Source: Escherichia phage AV110. Taken from it: a DNA stretch of 64,000 nt. Position numbers and translations under genes: made by a program. Within the stretch, counting starts at the first letter, position 1. Each line of letters begins with the position of its first letter. The notes beneath the pieces are model-generated. The model searched no databases. It saw only the letters and a program-made list of their open reading frames with translations, and was not told where the DNA came from. The stretch lies in sequence record OR352940.1; one strand, 5' to 3'. This document shows positions 29,791-38,419 of this stretch, one piece after another.

Positions 29791-30780
29791 TTATTTATAG
29801 TAAGAATTATGATTTTCGAGATAGACTTGCTCAAGGAAATCATCCCAGAAACTCATATCTACTTTTTGTTGCATACCATTCTTGGCAGCTTGTTCTGACG
29901 CATGTTCAACTTGGTCAACGATATCTTCTAGGAATTCTTGTACAGTTTTAAACGTATGTTTACCAAGCTTAACATCGAGAATAAATGGAGCATCCTGAAG
30001 TGGGTAAACCAGGTCGCCGGTTTTGTAAATTTCTAATAGTTGAAGTCCACCACGACATGCATGACTCAATGCTTTCCAGTCAATACCTTCGTTAGCTTCT
30101 GCCTTACGAGCACGTTCACCGTAGTTCTCTTCCAGTTTAACCAGGATGGCATTGAACTCTTTATTGGTTAACGTATCTTGGAATTTACGGTCTAACAGAT
30201 TATAGAATGTTTGCTTACCTGTTTTCTCGTTTTCGGTTTCAACCCACGAAGCAAATTCACCTACAGGCAGAACATTCTTCATATGTGATAAACGAATTAC
30301 TGCACCATTATCAAAGTATTGTCCCCATTCATTAGAACGTTTAAGGGCTTGACGAAGAACAGCCAGTCGAGAACCCTTGACACCGTATTTAGAAGCTTGC
30401 TTACGGACATACCCTAAATAAGATTTCATGTTAGTGGTATAGAAGCGAGACCTGTTATCTTGAATATACTTCCATACATCAGGCAAATCAGATTTAACTA
30501 CTAGACTTTGCGGAGTGTGAAGCATATCTAATGCGACGGTTTCACCATCCGCAGCTAGTTTAAAGAAATATTTGAGACTATACAATTCATGGTCTACGTC
30601 GTCTTTTGTGTTCTTAGAAGATGTGTTATTCGTGTTCTTGCTCATGTGTTCTTTAACGTTACCGGTCAAAATATCACGAGCATGAGGGATATAAATTTCT
30701 TTAAAATCTACGTCAGATTCAGGAGTAGACGTTCCATAAAGGTGGCTACCAAAGTAGCCTTTCATAATTGTTTTCATCAT
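29791..30780 (-). CDS. Pol-beta-superfamily nucleotidyltransferase-fold protein (329 aa)
   Basis: N-terminal GYFGSHLYGTSTPESDVDF fits the GS-x9-13-DxD NTase signature; helical C-terminal region. Confidence 0.6.
   Translation of the reverse strand: MMKTIMKGYFGSHLYGTSTPESDVDFKEIYIPHARDILTGNVKEHMSKNTNNTSSKNTKDDVDHELYSLKYFFKLAADGETVALDMLHTPQSLVVKSDLPDVWKYIQDNRSRFYTTNMKSYLGYVRKQASKYGVKGSRLAVLRQALKRSNEWGQYFDNGAVIRLSHMKNVLPVGEFASWVETENEKTGKQTFYNLLDRKFQDTLTNKEFNAILVKLEENYGERARKAEANEGIDWKALSHACRGGLQLLEIYKTGDLVYPLQDAPFILDVKLGKHTFKTVQEFLEDIVDQVEHASEQAAKNGMQQKVDMSFWDDFLEQVYLENHNSYYK
29792..29799 (-). promoter_or_regulatory. T4-type late promoter (TATAAATA on minus strand)
   Basis: Plus-strand TATTTATA about 33 nt upstream of the 29759 start; GAGG SD between. 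Confidence 0.45.
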
Positions 30781-31250
30781 TTAGCCTTATATTCAAGAGT
30801 AGGACAGACTTTTTCTTTACGAGCTTTAAGGTATTCACCTATTAATGATTTCTTACGTTCAATAGGCTCAAGTCCATTTTTAATTCGTTCTTGGTTTTGT
30901 GCAATGAGCTCAACTTCTTTATAATACTTCCGCTCTCTGTATAAGTCGATTAGCCACGGTATGCCTAATACTAAAACTATAGAAATACCAACACATAATG
31001 CAATGAATAAAACACCTACACCAATTGAGGCCGGAACTAATGTCCATAAACTACTAAAGACAAAGAATTTAGTTAAAATTTCCTGGCCAACGATTGTGGC
31101 CGCTGCTAAAATCGCAAATCCAATAATCGAAACAAACAATACCGGGAGAAACGTTTTCCAAAAATAAGCACACAACGTTTTCGGGCGATTCCATGTACTA
31201 TTAAACGCGGTATAAATTTTAAAGTGCCAAGAGTTTTCATTGATAATCAT
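30777..31250 (-). CDS. integral membrane protein (157 aa)
   Basis: Multiple hydrophobic segments; stop overlaps the NTase start (ATGA). Confidence 0.55.
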   Translation of the reverse strand: MIINENSWHFKIYTAFNSTWNRPKTLCAYFWKTFLPVLFVSIIGFAILAAATIVGQEILTKFFVFSSLWTLVPASIGVGVLFIALCVGISIVLVLGIPWLIDLYRERKYYKEVELIAQNQERIKNGLEPIERKKSLIGEYLKARKEKVCPTLEYKAK

Positions 31251-31259
31251 AATAATTCC

Positions 31260-31802
31260 TTATTTCAAAGTTGGGATAATAGAATCGAGATAAGCTTTAA
31301 GAGCAACTGCCTCATCTTTGTCTAATGTAATGATATGTTGACGAAGGTCATCAATTTGGCGAATAACTACGACATCACCGTCTTCATAAGAAGGATTAAC
31401 GCCTAGGACTGTTGTATAGTCAGGGCGGTCCTGATTTGTAATAAAAGCATTACGGCATTTAGCCCATTGAAGTTTGGCCTTTTTGGCTGTTTCAGATTCC
31501 ATTAATTCTTTCACCTTATTGACAAATGTTTTCCAATTATTAATAGAAAAACATTCGTCTTCAGTTTCGATATTAACCCCACTATAAAGTCCGTGATAAA
31601 AACGAACTTGAAGGTCTTCATCAATGTTAATTACAGATGCATGGCCGGGTGGATTGAGTTTCAAAATCTTGTCCAGTTCCATAGGAAGAATAGTAGCAGC
31701 ATCATCTTCTTGTGTCAGAACATACACATAACCACGTTTTTCGATACATAAATCACCAAACAACTCGGTTGTTTCAATTACAGTTTTCATATTATTCACC
31801 AA
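31260..31802 (-). CDS. hypothetical protein (180 aa)
   Basis: ORF. Confidence 0.55.
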   Translation of the reverse strand: MVNNMKTVIETTELFGDLCIEKRGYVYVLTQEDDAATILPMELDKILKLNPPGHASVINIDEDLQVRFYHGLYSGVNIETEDECFSINNWKTFVNKVKELMESETAKKAKLQWAKCRNAFITNQDRPDYTTVLGVNPSYEDGDVVVIRQIDDLRQHIITLDKDEAVALKAYLDSIIPTLK

Positions 31803-31973
31803 TTAAAGTTTCAACAAAATTCACCAAATCATTCAGACAAGCATCAACCTGTTTTTCATAAAAGTCTTCGTTATCATTTACTGCATGATAAGCTACATCA
31901 TTCAAATCTGAATCGGCTTCACGTAAGTCACGGATAAGGTCCATCAATTTATTAGCTTGTTCACGGGTCATTT
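31797..31973 (-). CDS. small hypothetical protein (~59 aa), below ORF-track cutoff
   Basis: MTREQANKLMDLIRDLREADSDLNDV...; downstream of early promoter at 32107-32136. Confidence 0.3.
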
Positions 31974-32106
31974 TACCATACTCGTTTCAATAAGATTCAC
32001 TATGCCGTTTACCATGTTATAAGTAAACATCGGATAATTATATTGTACTACAACATAAGCGATAAGCAAAAGTTTCATTTTGGTCTCCGTTCGTTTTGAT
32101 AGGACC

Positions 32107-32136
32107 ACTATAACATAGTCCTATCAAGATGTAAAC
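32107..32136 (-). promoter_or_regulatory. sigma70-type early promoter (GTTTAC-N18-TATAGT) inside conserved palindrome cassette
   Basis: rc of gtaaac 32131-32136 and actata 32107-32112; cassette ATAGGACCACTATAACATAGTCCTAT. Confidence 0.5.
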
Positions 32137-32351
32137 TACCGATTATGTTTTAAAATACTATAAAGAGCTTCTACTTGGCTTGCATCCAGGTAAATAACAT
32201 CATCATCTTGCTCAATGGAAATTCCGCCAGTATTACCTTCAACGAAATTACATTCGCATACTTCAACAGTGCGATATACATCACCAACTGGATGCTCAGG
32301 CTCCAGAACAATCACACCATCTTCAGAACAACCGCTTGGGTCATATAACAT
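32136..32351 (-). CDS. small acidic protein, MLYD paralogue 1
   Basis: Start trimmed to MLYDPSGCSEDGV; paralogous to 32443-32637. Confidence 0.45.
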   Translation of the reverse strand: MLYDPSGCSEDGVIVLEPEHPVGDVYRTVEVCECNFVEGNTGGISIEQDDDVIYLDASQVEALYSILKHNR

Positions 32352-32442
32352 TACAGTTTCCTCGCTAACCATGAAAAGAATAAACCAATTAAAACAGGTC
32401 CTACAGCCATTGTTAACCAAGCCCAAGGTTCAAGATAATAAA

Positions 32443-32637
32443 TCATCTCATGCTCCTGTGCCAACAGTTTCTTGGTTCACGTTTAAAAATTTCATCATGC
32501 ATTGATTGACAACCAACACAATATATCACCACCGTATCGTCATCTTCAGCGCTTTCAGGTAAAAGTTCAAGTACACCGTCTTCAGATTTTCCAGTATAAT
32601 CGTAAAGCATAATATCCTCACATAATCTCGTTAACAT
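32443..32637 (-). CDS. small acidic protein, MLYD paralogue 2
   Basis: MLYDYTGKSEDGVLELLPE...CVGC. Confidence 0.45.
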   Translation of the reverse strand: MLTRLCEDIMLYDYTGKSEDGVLELLPESAEDDDTVVIYCVGCQSMHDEIFKREPRNCWHRSMR

Positions 32638-32866
32638 ACATTTGCAATTCGGTGTGGGCGTCAGCCATCTTTTTCATAGCTCTGTTAATGTCGATGTCTC
32701 CATCTTCGCAACCATGAGCATTTTCCCAATCAGATACCGCATTAGCGTACTCTTCAATCAAAAACATTAACTTAGAAATTTTTTCTTTACGTGACATAAC
32801 GTTCTCCTCTAGTAAGTAAAGTTTACTATAACACAACCTGAGGAGAAGTAAACTGATAGATGCCAA
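32618..32866 (-). CDS. hypothetical protein (82 aa)
   Basis: ORF immediately downstream of terminator. Confidence 0.45.
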   Translation of the reverse strand: MASISLLLLRLCYSKLYLLEENVMSRKEKISKLMFLIEEYANAVSDWENAHGCEDGDIDINRAMKKMADAHTELQMYVNEIM

Positions 32867-32891
32867 AAAGCCCCAACCATAAGGAAGGGGC
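32865..32891 (-). terminator. intrinsic terminator (conserved GCCCC..GGGGC hairpin + U-tract)
   Basis: Plus-strand AAAAAGCCCCAACCATAAGGAAGGGGC; on the minus transcript a GC hairpin followed by U5. Confidence 0.6.
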
Positions 32892-32898
32892 TAGTAAA

Positions 32899-33201
32899 TT
32901 AGATAGATGTAGGCTCTAATTTTATTTTCATGAACTCGGCAAATTGTCTGGCAGTTTTTATGCCTTGTTCATGACATTCAAATGCATCATCACAGGGGCT
33001 ATTTTTGTAATGCTTTGCCATATACTTATAGAATTTTTCAGAATTCTCGACATTTTGAATTTCAAACAAAGTATATACGTTTTTAATCCCTGATTCCATA
33101 AAGTTATCAAAATATGGGTCAACATATGCAGTGCCAACAATAGGAGTTGTTGCTGCAAAAAACCCCAGCATCGCCATGACAGCTATCGCTCTTAAGGCCA
33201 T
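32899..33201 (-). CDS. secreted/periplasmic protein (100 aa) with signal peptide
   Basis: MALRAIAVMAMLGFFAATTPIVGTA. Confidence 0.5.
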   Translation of the reverse strand: MALRAIAVMAMLGFFAATTPIVGTAYVDPYFDNFMESGIKNVYTLFEIQNVENSEKFYKYMAKHYKNSPCDDAFECHEQGIKTARQFAEFMKIKLEPTSI

Positions 33202-33213
33202 ATAGGCCTCCTG

Positions 33214-33426
33214 TTAATTTTGGCCAGTATTTATTTTTCGCCTTTGGACGGCCTTAACATCTGTGAGGTATTTTTCCAGCTTGCGCTTGCGTGTATAATC
33301 AGCTTTAGAACCAGTTTGACGGATATCCTCGTTTAAATGAGAAATAGAATGTCCTAATTCTCTTCGGATTTCATCCAATTGGGTTACAGTAAGATTACGA
33401 AGTTGTCTTTCGTTTAATTGCTGCAT
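33214..33426 (-). CDS. hypothetical protein (70 aa)
   Basis: ORF. Confidence 0.45.
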   Translation of the reverse strand: MQQLNERQLRNLTVTQLDEIRRELGHSISHLNEDIRQTGSKADYTRKRKLEKYLTDVKAVQRRKINTGQN

Positions 33427-33453
33427 ATATACCTCTTGGTTAGATATTAGTAT

Positions 33454-34035
33454 TTATAACAACCCTGTCAAATCATTCCAATGCTTCCGGCATAATGACA
33501 CATATCTATCGGTATCACCAATTTCAATTTGACTGCCATCTGTAATTGGAAGTCCGTCTTCCGTGACTCTAGCTACCATTGTGGCCTTTTTACCACAATG
33601 ACAGACACCTTTAAGTTCAACAAGCTTATCAGCAATAGCCATTAATGCTTGAGAACCTTCAAATAGATTACCTTTAAAATCTGTTCGTAGTCCATATGCC
33701 ATTACCGGCACATTGTATACGTCAACAATACGACTAAGTTGATACACCTTTTCAGTAGTTAAGAACTGAGCTTCGTCAACAAATACACAATGAATATCCT
33801 TTTGTGCTGCAGCCCATTTATAGAATTCAAAGATATCCATGTCTTTTGTAATTATATTGGCATCCTGACGAATACCAATACGAGAGACTATTTCACCTTT
33901 TGAATCACGAGTATCAATAGCCGGTTTAAGAACTAATACACCCATGCCACGTTCTTTATAGTTATGTGCGGCAGTAAGTAATGAAGCAGACTTACCAGCA
34001 TTCATAGCGGCATATGTAAAAATTAAACTAGCCAT
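33454..34035 (-). CDS. tk: thymidine kinase
   Basis: 193 aa; Walker A MNAGKS; C-terminal CHCGKKA...CRKH zinc site; TK1-family layout. Confidence 0.9.
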   Translation of the reverse strand: MASLIFTYAAMNAGKSASLLTAAHNYKERGMGVLVLKPAIDTRDSKGEIVSRIGIRQDANIITKDMDIFEFYKWAAAQKDIHCVFVDEAQFLTTEKVYQLSRIVDVYNVPVMAYGLRTDFKGNLFEGSQALMAIADKLVELKGVCHCGKKATMVARVTEDGLPITDGSQIEIGDTDRYVSLCRKHWNDLTGLL

Positions 34036-34044
34036 AAGAGTCCC

Positions 34045-34227
34045 TTATAGTGAATTCACGTAGTCAATGAGTTCTTGTTCTTTCCTGTCAAATGATTCCA
34101 TCAATGCTTGATATTCTTCATCTGTTAAAGGAGCATATTCATCGTACGCATTGGTGGCTGCTTGCTCGTCCAATAGGTCATGGATAAGTTCGAACAGTTT
34201 AGTTTTCTCTTCTTTAGTCAATTTCAT
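34045..34227 (-). CDS. small acidic protein (60 aa)
   Basis: ORF. Confidence 0.4.
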   Translation of the reverse strand: MKLTKEEKTKLFELIHDLLDEQAATNAYDEYAPLTDEEYQALMESFDRKEQELIDYVNSL

Positions 34228-34451
34228 TTAGGTTCACCTTCTTTAACGAAATCCGGGTAAGGGTAAAATCCTGAGTAAAACCCTTCACCTTTATGATTGC
34301 TACAACCTTTGTTCGAACAGTAACACCAATAATCAAAATCACAAGCCATTTCGTCATTGCATAAAGCAAAAACTACAGGCCATTCGCATTTTTCGCATTT
34401 AGCACCTGTAAGAATTTTTGTTTGACTCATAGCCATGTCACCTTTAAGCAA
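34224..34451 (-). CDS. Cys-rich small protein (75 aa)
   Basis: CEKCEW...CNDEMACDFDYWCYCSNKGC. Confidence 0.45.
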   Translation of the reverse strand: MLKGDMAMSQTKILTGAKCEKCEWPVVFALCNDEMACDFDYWCYCSNKGCSNHKGEGFYSGFYPYPDFVKEGEPK

Positions 34452-34654
34452 TATTCTTCTACATGTTGTTTACGGCCTTTCTTATCAATAAAGGTATATT
34501 CAACGAATGTTCCAATGTAGTCTTTATCTACATCATGTGGACTATTAATTGGACATTTGGTACGACAAATGCGTTCCCATTGACGAATAATTACTGCCTT
34601 ATTCTTTGGGTCATATGGATGTGGATAATGTATATTCATAATAATGGTTCCCAA
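34427..34654 (-). CDS. hypothetical protein (75 aa)
   Basis: ORF. Confidence 0.45.
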   Translation of the reverse strand: MGTIIMNIHYPHPYDPKNKAVIIRQWERICRTKCPINSPHDVDKDYIGTFVEYTFIDKKGRKQHVEEYCLKVTWL

Positions 34655-35133
34655 TCAACAATCACAATTTCTAGTTTAGTGGAATACGTATCTAAAATCT
34701 CTTCGATGACATCCCAGTTTCCACCACCAATACCTGCACCAATTCTTGGCATATAAATTACAGGCTTTGTTATCTTATTCTTTCCGAATTCATTTAATTC
34801 TATTATACAATTCATTAAAGCAGAGTACTCAAAATTAGGTCCAGGCTCAAACTGCGTATAAAGATTAAAGCAATAAGCTTTATGGGTCTTAAAATATTTT
34901 TCATAAACCGAATAAGACCCGAGTTTAGACTCGTCTCCGAATTCGGTTTGAAGTTTATCGGCTTCTAAAATTTTTGGATAAGCCTTTGCTAATTGGCCTG
35001 CTACACCGGCGCCCATTGTATGAAAACAATTACACCCATGAGCAATATTATTACCTTTAGAAAACAGGGCGACAATATCGCCCTTGATATAGTTTTTAAT
35101 CACTTGCTGCAAGTCCTCTATTATAAGAGTCAA
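34636..35133 (-). CDS. macro-domain-like protein (ADP-ribose binding/processing fold)
   Basis: GDIVALFSKGNNIAHGCNCFHTMGAGVAGQLAKAYP and PRIGAGIGGGNWD parallel the two glycine-rich macro-domain motifs. Confidence 0.55.
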   Translation of the reverse strand: MTLIIEDLQQVIKNYIKGDIVALFSKGNNIAHGCNCFHTMGAGVAGQLAKAYPKILEADKLQTEFGDESKLGSYSVYEKYFKTHKAYCFNLYTQFEPGPNFEYSALMNCIIELNEFGKNKITKPVIYMPRIGAGIGGGNWDVIEEILDTYSTKLEIVIVDWEPLL

Positions 35134-35443
35134 CTAGACGGTCCACCATAGAATTGCATGCTGCCTTATCTTTAGGTTCCGCCACCGAGCATTCTAATAT
35201 TTGCCATTTTTTATAGTATCTTTTAATTAAGGTAGACGCCTTGAACCTACTAGACGCCCCATCTTTTTCTCCGTCTTTATACGCATATAACAATTTTTGT
35301 GAAAAATCTACTTTACACTCTTGACTTTTACCACAATAATCAGACGCCGTTCTGTTTGTATACTCCGTTACATCAGTATATGTAGTATTAGCAAGAGCGT
35401 TAAATGAAACCAAGCCAACTATTAAAGCCAACATTTTGGTCAT
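35096..35443 (-). CDS. secreted protein (115 aa) with signal peptide
   Basis: MTKMLALIVGLVSFNALA. Confidence 0.5.
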   Translation of the reverse strand: MTKMLALIVGLVSFNALANTTYTDVTEYTNRTASDYCGKSQECKVDFSQKLLYAYKDGEKDGASSRFKASTLIKRYYKKWQILECSVAEPKDKAACNSMVDRLVDSYNRGLAASD

Positions 35444-35982
35444 TCTTTTATTTCCAGTAGTTTATTTGATTTAAGGTAATTAGCCTTTTCTAGGACTTCA
35501 GAAGCATATTTACTTCCAGCACTTGTCTTCCATCCCGCATTATATGAGGATATAGCTTTTCTTATATCCCCGTTATGTATATTTAACCAATAAGAAAATT
35601 CAATATAAGCCCATCTGGCTGAATTAGACCGCTTAGATAGCATTTTCTTAATTTGGGCATCAGTCATATTATAACCAAGCTGGTTAATTCTTGCCCTCAT
35701 TGTTGGTAGATAATTTTGGAACATTCCATACGCATGGTGACCTTTCTTATCTTTAAGATTAATACCGGCAGATGATTCCTGCCATAGTATGGCGGCCATT
35801 ATGTATCCAAGTCCTTTCTTATGCATATTTTCATGCGTTTTAAATTTTCCGTCCTTAGAAAACTGTTCCCCAAACTGATAAGCATAATTCAAGTTATCGA
35901 GTTGGACATTACTAAAAGTATGCTCGGAGCTATGTGCTGATAACGAAAGAGCAAATAGACCAGCGAGTAGTGCTTTTCTCAT
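35440..35982 (-). CDS. secreted lytic transglycosylase-like protein (SLT domain) with signal peptide
   Basis: MRKALLAGLFALSLSAHS; SLT-like motifs LWQESS (catalytic Glu), YGMFQ, YNAGW. Confidence 0.6.
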   Translation of the reverse strand: MRKALLAGLFALSLSAHSSEHTFSNVQLDNLNYAYQFGEQFSKDGKFKTHENMHKKGLGYIMAAILWQESSAGINLKDKKGHHAYGMFQNYLPTMRARINQLGYNMTDAQIKKMLSKRSNSARWAYIEFSYWLNIHNGDIRKAISSYNAGWKTSAGSKYASEVLEKANYLKSNKLLEIKE

Positions 35983-35990
35983 GTTTACCT

Positions 35991-36449
35991 CTAGATTTTA
36001 ATCACTGCTTTAGAAGCTTTTCCTGGTAGTCGTTTACTGTTAATAATAGCCATTCTGCATTGAAGAGTCTTCATTTTGAATGCTGGATTTTCACGACAAA
36101 CTGTAAGACCTAACCAAAGATTTCCATCAGTTATTTCTAAACGGCCTGGGCGATATTCGACACCTTCGACAAAATCTTCATCAACATCTGGACGTGCCGG
36201 CATTGATAAAAATTCTGCAACTTCTTTAACATGATTTTTTACTTTATGAAATAATTCAAAAACGTAATTCTCATCTATTTCTCTCTGGATGGCACGATCT
36301 AAGAGATGTTGAGAATACTTGATATGAAAGCCTGGTAGTCCAAGAGACTTTGCAGCATCTTTTATACCGGCATTTATTTTGCGGAACTCCGTTTCAAAGA
36401 TTCGACGGAGTTTATTACGGCGGATAAAAACGTCTGAATTGATAGTCAT
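35991..36449 (-). CDS. regB: endoribonuclease RegB
   Basis: Start at MTINSDVFIRRNKLRR; 153 aa; closely matches T4 RegB as recalled. Confidence 0.85.
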   Translation of the reverse strand: MTINSDVFIRRNKLRRIFETEFRKINAGIKDAAKSLGLPGFHIKYSQHLLDRAIQREIDENYVFELFHKVKNHVKEVAEFLSMPARPDVDEDFVEGVEYRPGRLEITDGNLWLGLTVCRENPAFKMKTLQCRMAIINSKRLPGKASKAVIKI

Positions 36450-36510
36450 TTTGATTTCTCCTCTAGTTGTCATGTCTATAGTAACACAACTAGAGGAGAA
36501 GTAAACTACT

Positions 36511-36768
36511 TTATTGATAAAATGGAGTTAAAGCCCAAGATTCTTTAGATACCATATTGGCGAAATGCCTCATCTCTTCGATTTGGCGACGACGCTGGTC
36601 AGCATAGTCTTCTTCGCCTTCTTCCTTACAATCTTCAAGGTCTTCTTCAAGATACTTTAAGTATTCACTACAAATTTTGTTGACCTTTTCTTGAAAGTCC
36701 AATAACCCAGTAATAGTAGAAGCCATTAGTATTTTTCCTCGGGTCGAAATACTGCACGACAGGCCCAC
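36511..36768 (-). CDS. hypothetical acidic protein (85 aa)
   Basis: ORF. Confidence 0.45.
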   Translation of the reverse strand: MGLSCSISTRGKILMASTITGLLDFQEKVNKICSEYLKYLEEDLEDCKEEGEEDYADQRRRQIEEMRHFANMVSKESWALTPFYQ

Positions 36769-36992
36769 ATGCTGGCTTCTTTTAGATGTTGCTTAGCGTA
36801 CTTAAGAGCCTGCACTACATCCATATCTTCTTTGGTTTGTTGCTCTGTTTCATTTTCTTTCAAGATATATGCTTCTTCAATCAGAGCATCAAACATCAAT
36901 CCAAGACGGACTTCGGCATCTTTAATAGCGTTCACTTTGCCGATTTTGTCATCGGTGTGCGGTTTGTAACCTTTAATATCTTCAATCGACAT
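36726..36992 (-). CDS. hypothetical protein (start trimmed)
   Basis: ORF-track N-terminus overlaps upstream ORF; likely starts at MSIEDIKGYK. Confidence 0.4.
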   Translation of the reverse strand: MSIEDIKGYKPHTDDKIGKVNAIKDAEVRLGLMFDALIEEAYILKENETEQQTKEDMDVVQALKYAKQHLKEASMWACRAVFRPEEKY

Positions 36993-37206
36993 AAGGAATT
37001 TCCTCATCGGTGGCAAGGTCATATTCGACCAATTGGATAGGCTCATTAATACCATATCCACGCACAGTGATATCAGTTGTCGGATAGTTTCCGGTAATAT
37101 CACCCATTCTAAATGCTTCAGTGAATGATTGCTCGCCTGAGCAACTAAACCAGGCGGCAAAACATTTTAAAACATCTTCAGACCCTTCTATAATCAATTT
37201 AGCCAT
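36982..37206 (-). CDS. hypothetical protein (74 aa)
   Basis: ORF. Confidence 0.45.
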   Translation of the reverse strand: MAKLIIEGSEDVLKCFAAWFSCSGEQSFTEAFRMGDITGNYPTTDITVRGYGINEPIQLVEYDLATDEEIPYVD

Positions 37207-37568
37207 TATAGACTCTCAGTAAAGGTACGAGCGATAACGTCGCGCTGCTGTTCTGGAGTCAGAGAGTTAAAGCGAACTGCATAACCGGATACACGAATGG
37301 TCAGCTGAGGATATTTTTCCGGATGCTTAACTGCATCTTCCAGAGTTTCACGACGCAGAACGTTAACGTTCAGGTGTTGACCACCTTCAATTTTAACTTT
37401 AGGTTGATGTTCAATTTCAATTTCACGGGCATTCAAACCGTAGAAAATTTCCGGGTCTACAATAGCGTCTTCTTTAAAAGTCTTAGAGACAATAATCCGG
37501 GCCTGAGTACCGTCTTCAAAATAAATAGTGCCTTTATGCGCACCTTCAAGAATTTGATATGCTTTCAT
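37206..37568 (-). CDS. autonomous glycyl-radical cofactor GrcA/YfiD-like protein
   Basis: 120 aa; C-terminus ...[33 protein letters not shown] carries the glycyl-radical signature RVSGYAV; resembles E. coli GrcA as recalled. Confidence 0.8.
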   Translation of the reverse strand: MKAYQILEGAHKGTIYFEDGTQARIIVSKTFKEDAIVDPEIFYGLNAREIEIEHQPKVKIEGGQHLNVNVLRRETLEDAVKHPEKYPQLTIRVSGYAVRFNSLTPEQQRDVIARTFTESL

Positions 37569-37574
37569 ATAACC

Positions 37575-37883
37575 TCAATTAGAAAATAAATTTATCCAAG
37601 TTTTTTCTTTAATCAAAAATGGGACGGAATTAAACGCCATTAAACTTTGAGTGATTAATCCCTTAAACGGCCCATCAATAAATTCCATTTTGAAATGCGG
37701 AATACTAGTCATCAACCGTGCATTAGGAGCAGTACAAAGAACCTGCTGACCTGCGAACGGGCCTTTAGTCAAACGATATCGTTTAGGTTTAAAATGGTAG
37801 ATCTCGTAATTTTCTACAAGAGCCCTTTTATTGCATACTGGACTGTTATAACAATATTCAAAAACTTCAATAGTGGTCATCAT
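37575..37883 (-). CDS. hypothetical Cys-containing protein (start trimmed to MMTTIEV)
   Basis: ATG overlaps stop of upstream P-loop ORF (ATGA coupling). Confidence 0.4.
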   Translation of the reverse strand: MMTTIEVFEYCYNSPVCNKRALVENYEIYHFKPKRYRLTKGPFAGQQVLCTAPNARLMTSIPHFKMEFIDGPFKGLITQSLMAFNSVPFLIKEKTWINLFSN

Positions 37884-38419
37884 TGCATTCCAATCACAAA
37901 AAATTGAGGACGAGCAATACCGCCGCTGCAATATTTGCTTTTGCAACAGTGTTGGACTGTTTTGATATGGATGTCGTAAATCTTATCCATATCAGGAGCT
38001 TTAATAGGCTCGTCAATTATGTACAGAATACGAGAAAGCGTTAATCCACGGAATTTATATCCTTCATTACCAATAAAACTACGGACAGAATCAGTAAATA
38101 AACGGAATCGAATATCATCGCTAGAATAACGAGAAAATTCTTTTTCAATGTTGCCAGCAGAAATTTTAGAATAAGCTGAAGTATTAGAAAGAACAATAAC
38201 TGTTCCACCGTCATACAGCCAATTAACAGCAAAATTAGTTACTGCGGTCGATTTACCTGATTGTCTGCCGCCGTCTAAACGAAGTGTACAGTACTGCTTG
38301 AGTACGTCTTCAAATGGTGGGGCATAACCGTTCTTACAAATTTCTTCTACTCTAGCATCAGAATGGTGTGTAAAAGCATTCATCAGGGATAGATAAGGTC
38401 CAGTTAAAAATGTTCTCAT
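37880..38419 (-). CDS. small P-loop NTPase (179 aa)
   Basis: Walker A GGRQSGKST; Walker B-like LYIIDEP. Confidence 0.55.
   Translation of the reverse strand: MRTFLTGPYLSLMNAFTHHSDARVEEICKNGYAPPFEDVLKQYCTLRLDGGRQSGKSTAVTNFAVNWLYDGGTVIVLSNTSAYSKISAGNIEKEFSRYSSDDIRFRLFTDSVRSFIGNEGYKFRGLTLSRILYIIDEPIKAPDMDKIYDIHIKTVQHCCKSKYCSGGIARPQFFVIGMQ

Noticed and set aside
37575-38419. Possible frameshifted single gene spanning the P-loop ORF and the downstream ORF
   Set aside because: The junction is a standard ATGA stop/start overlap with an in-frame ATG-ATG start for the downstream ORF; two coupled genes is the simpler reading.
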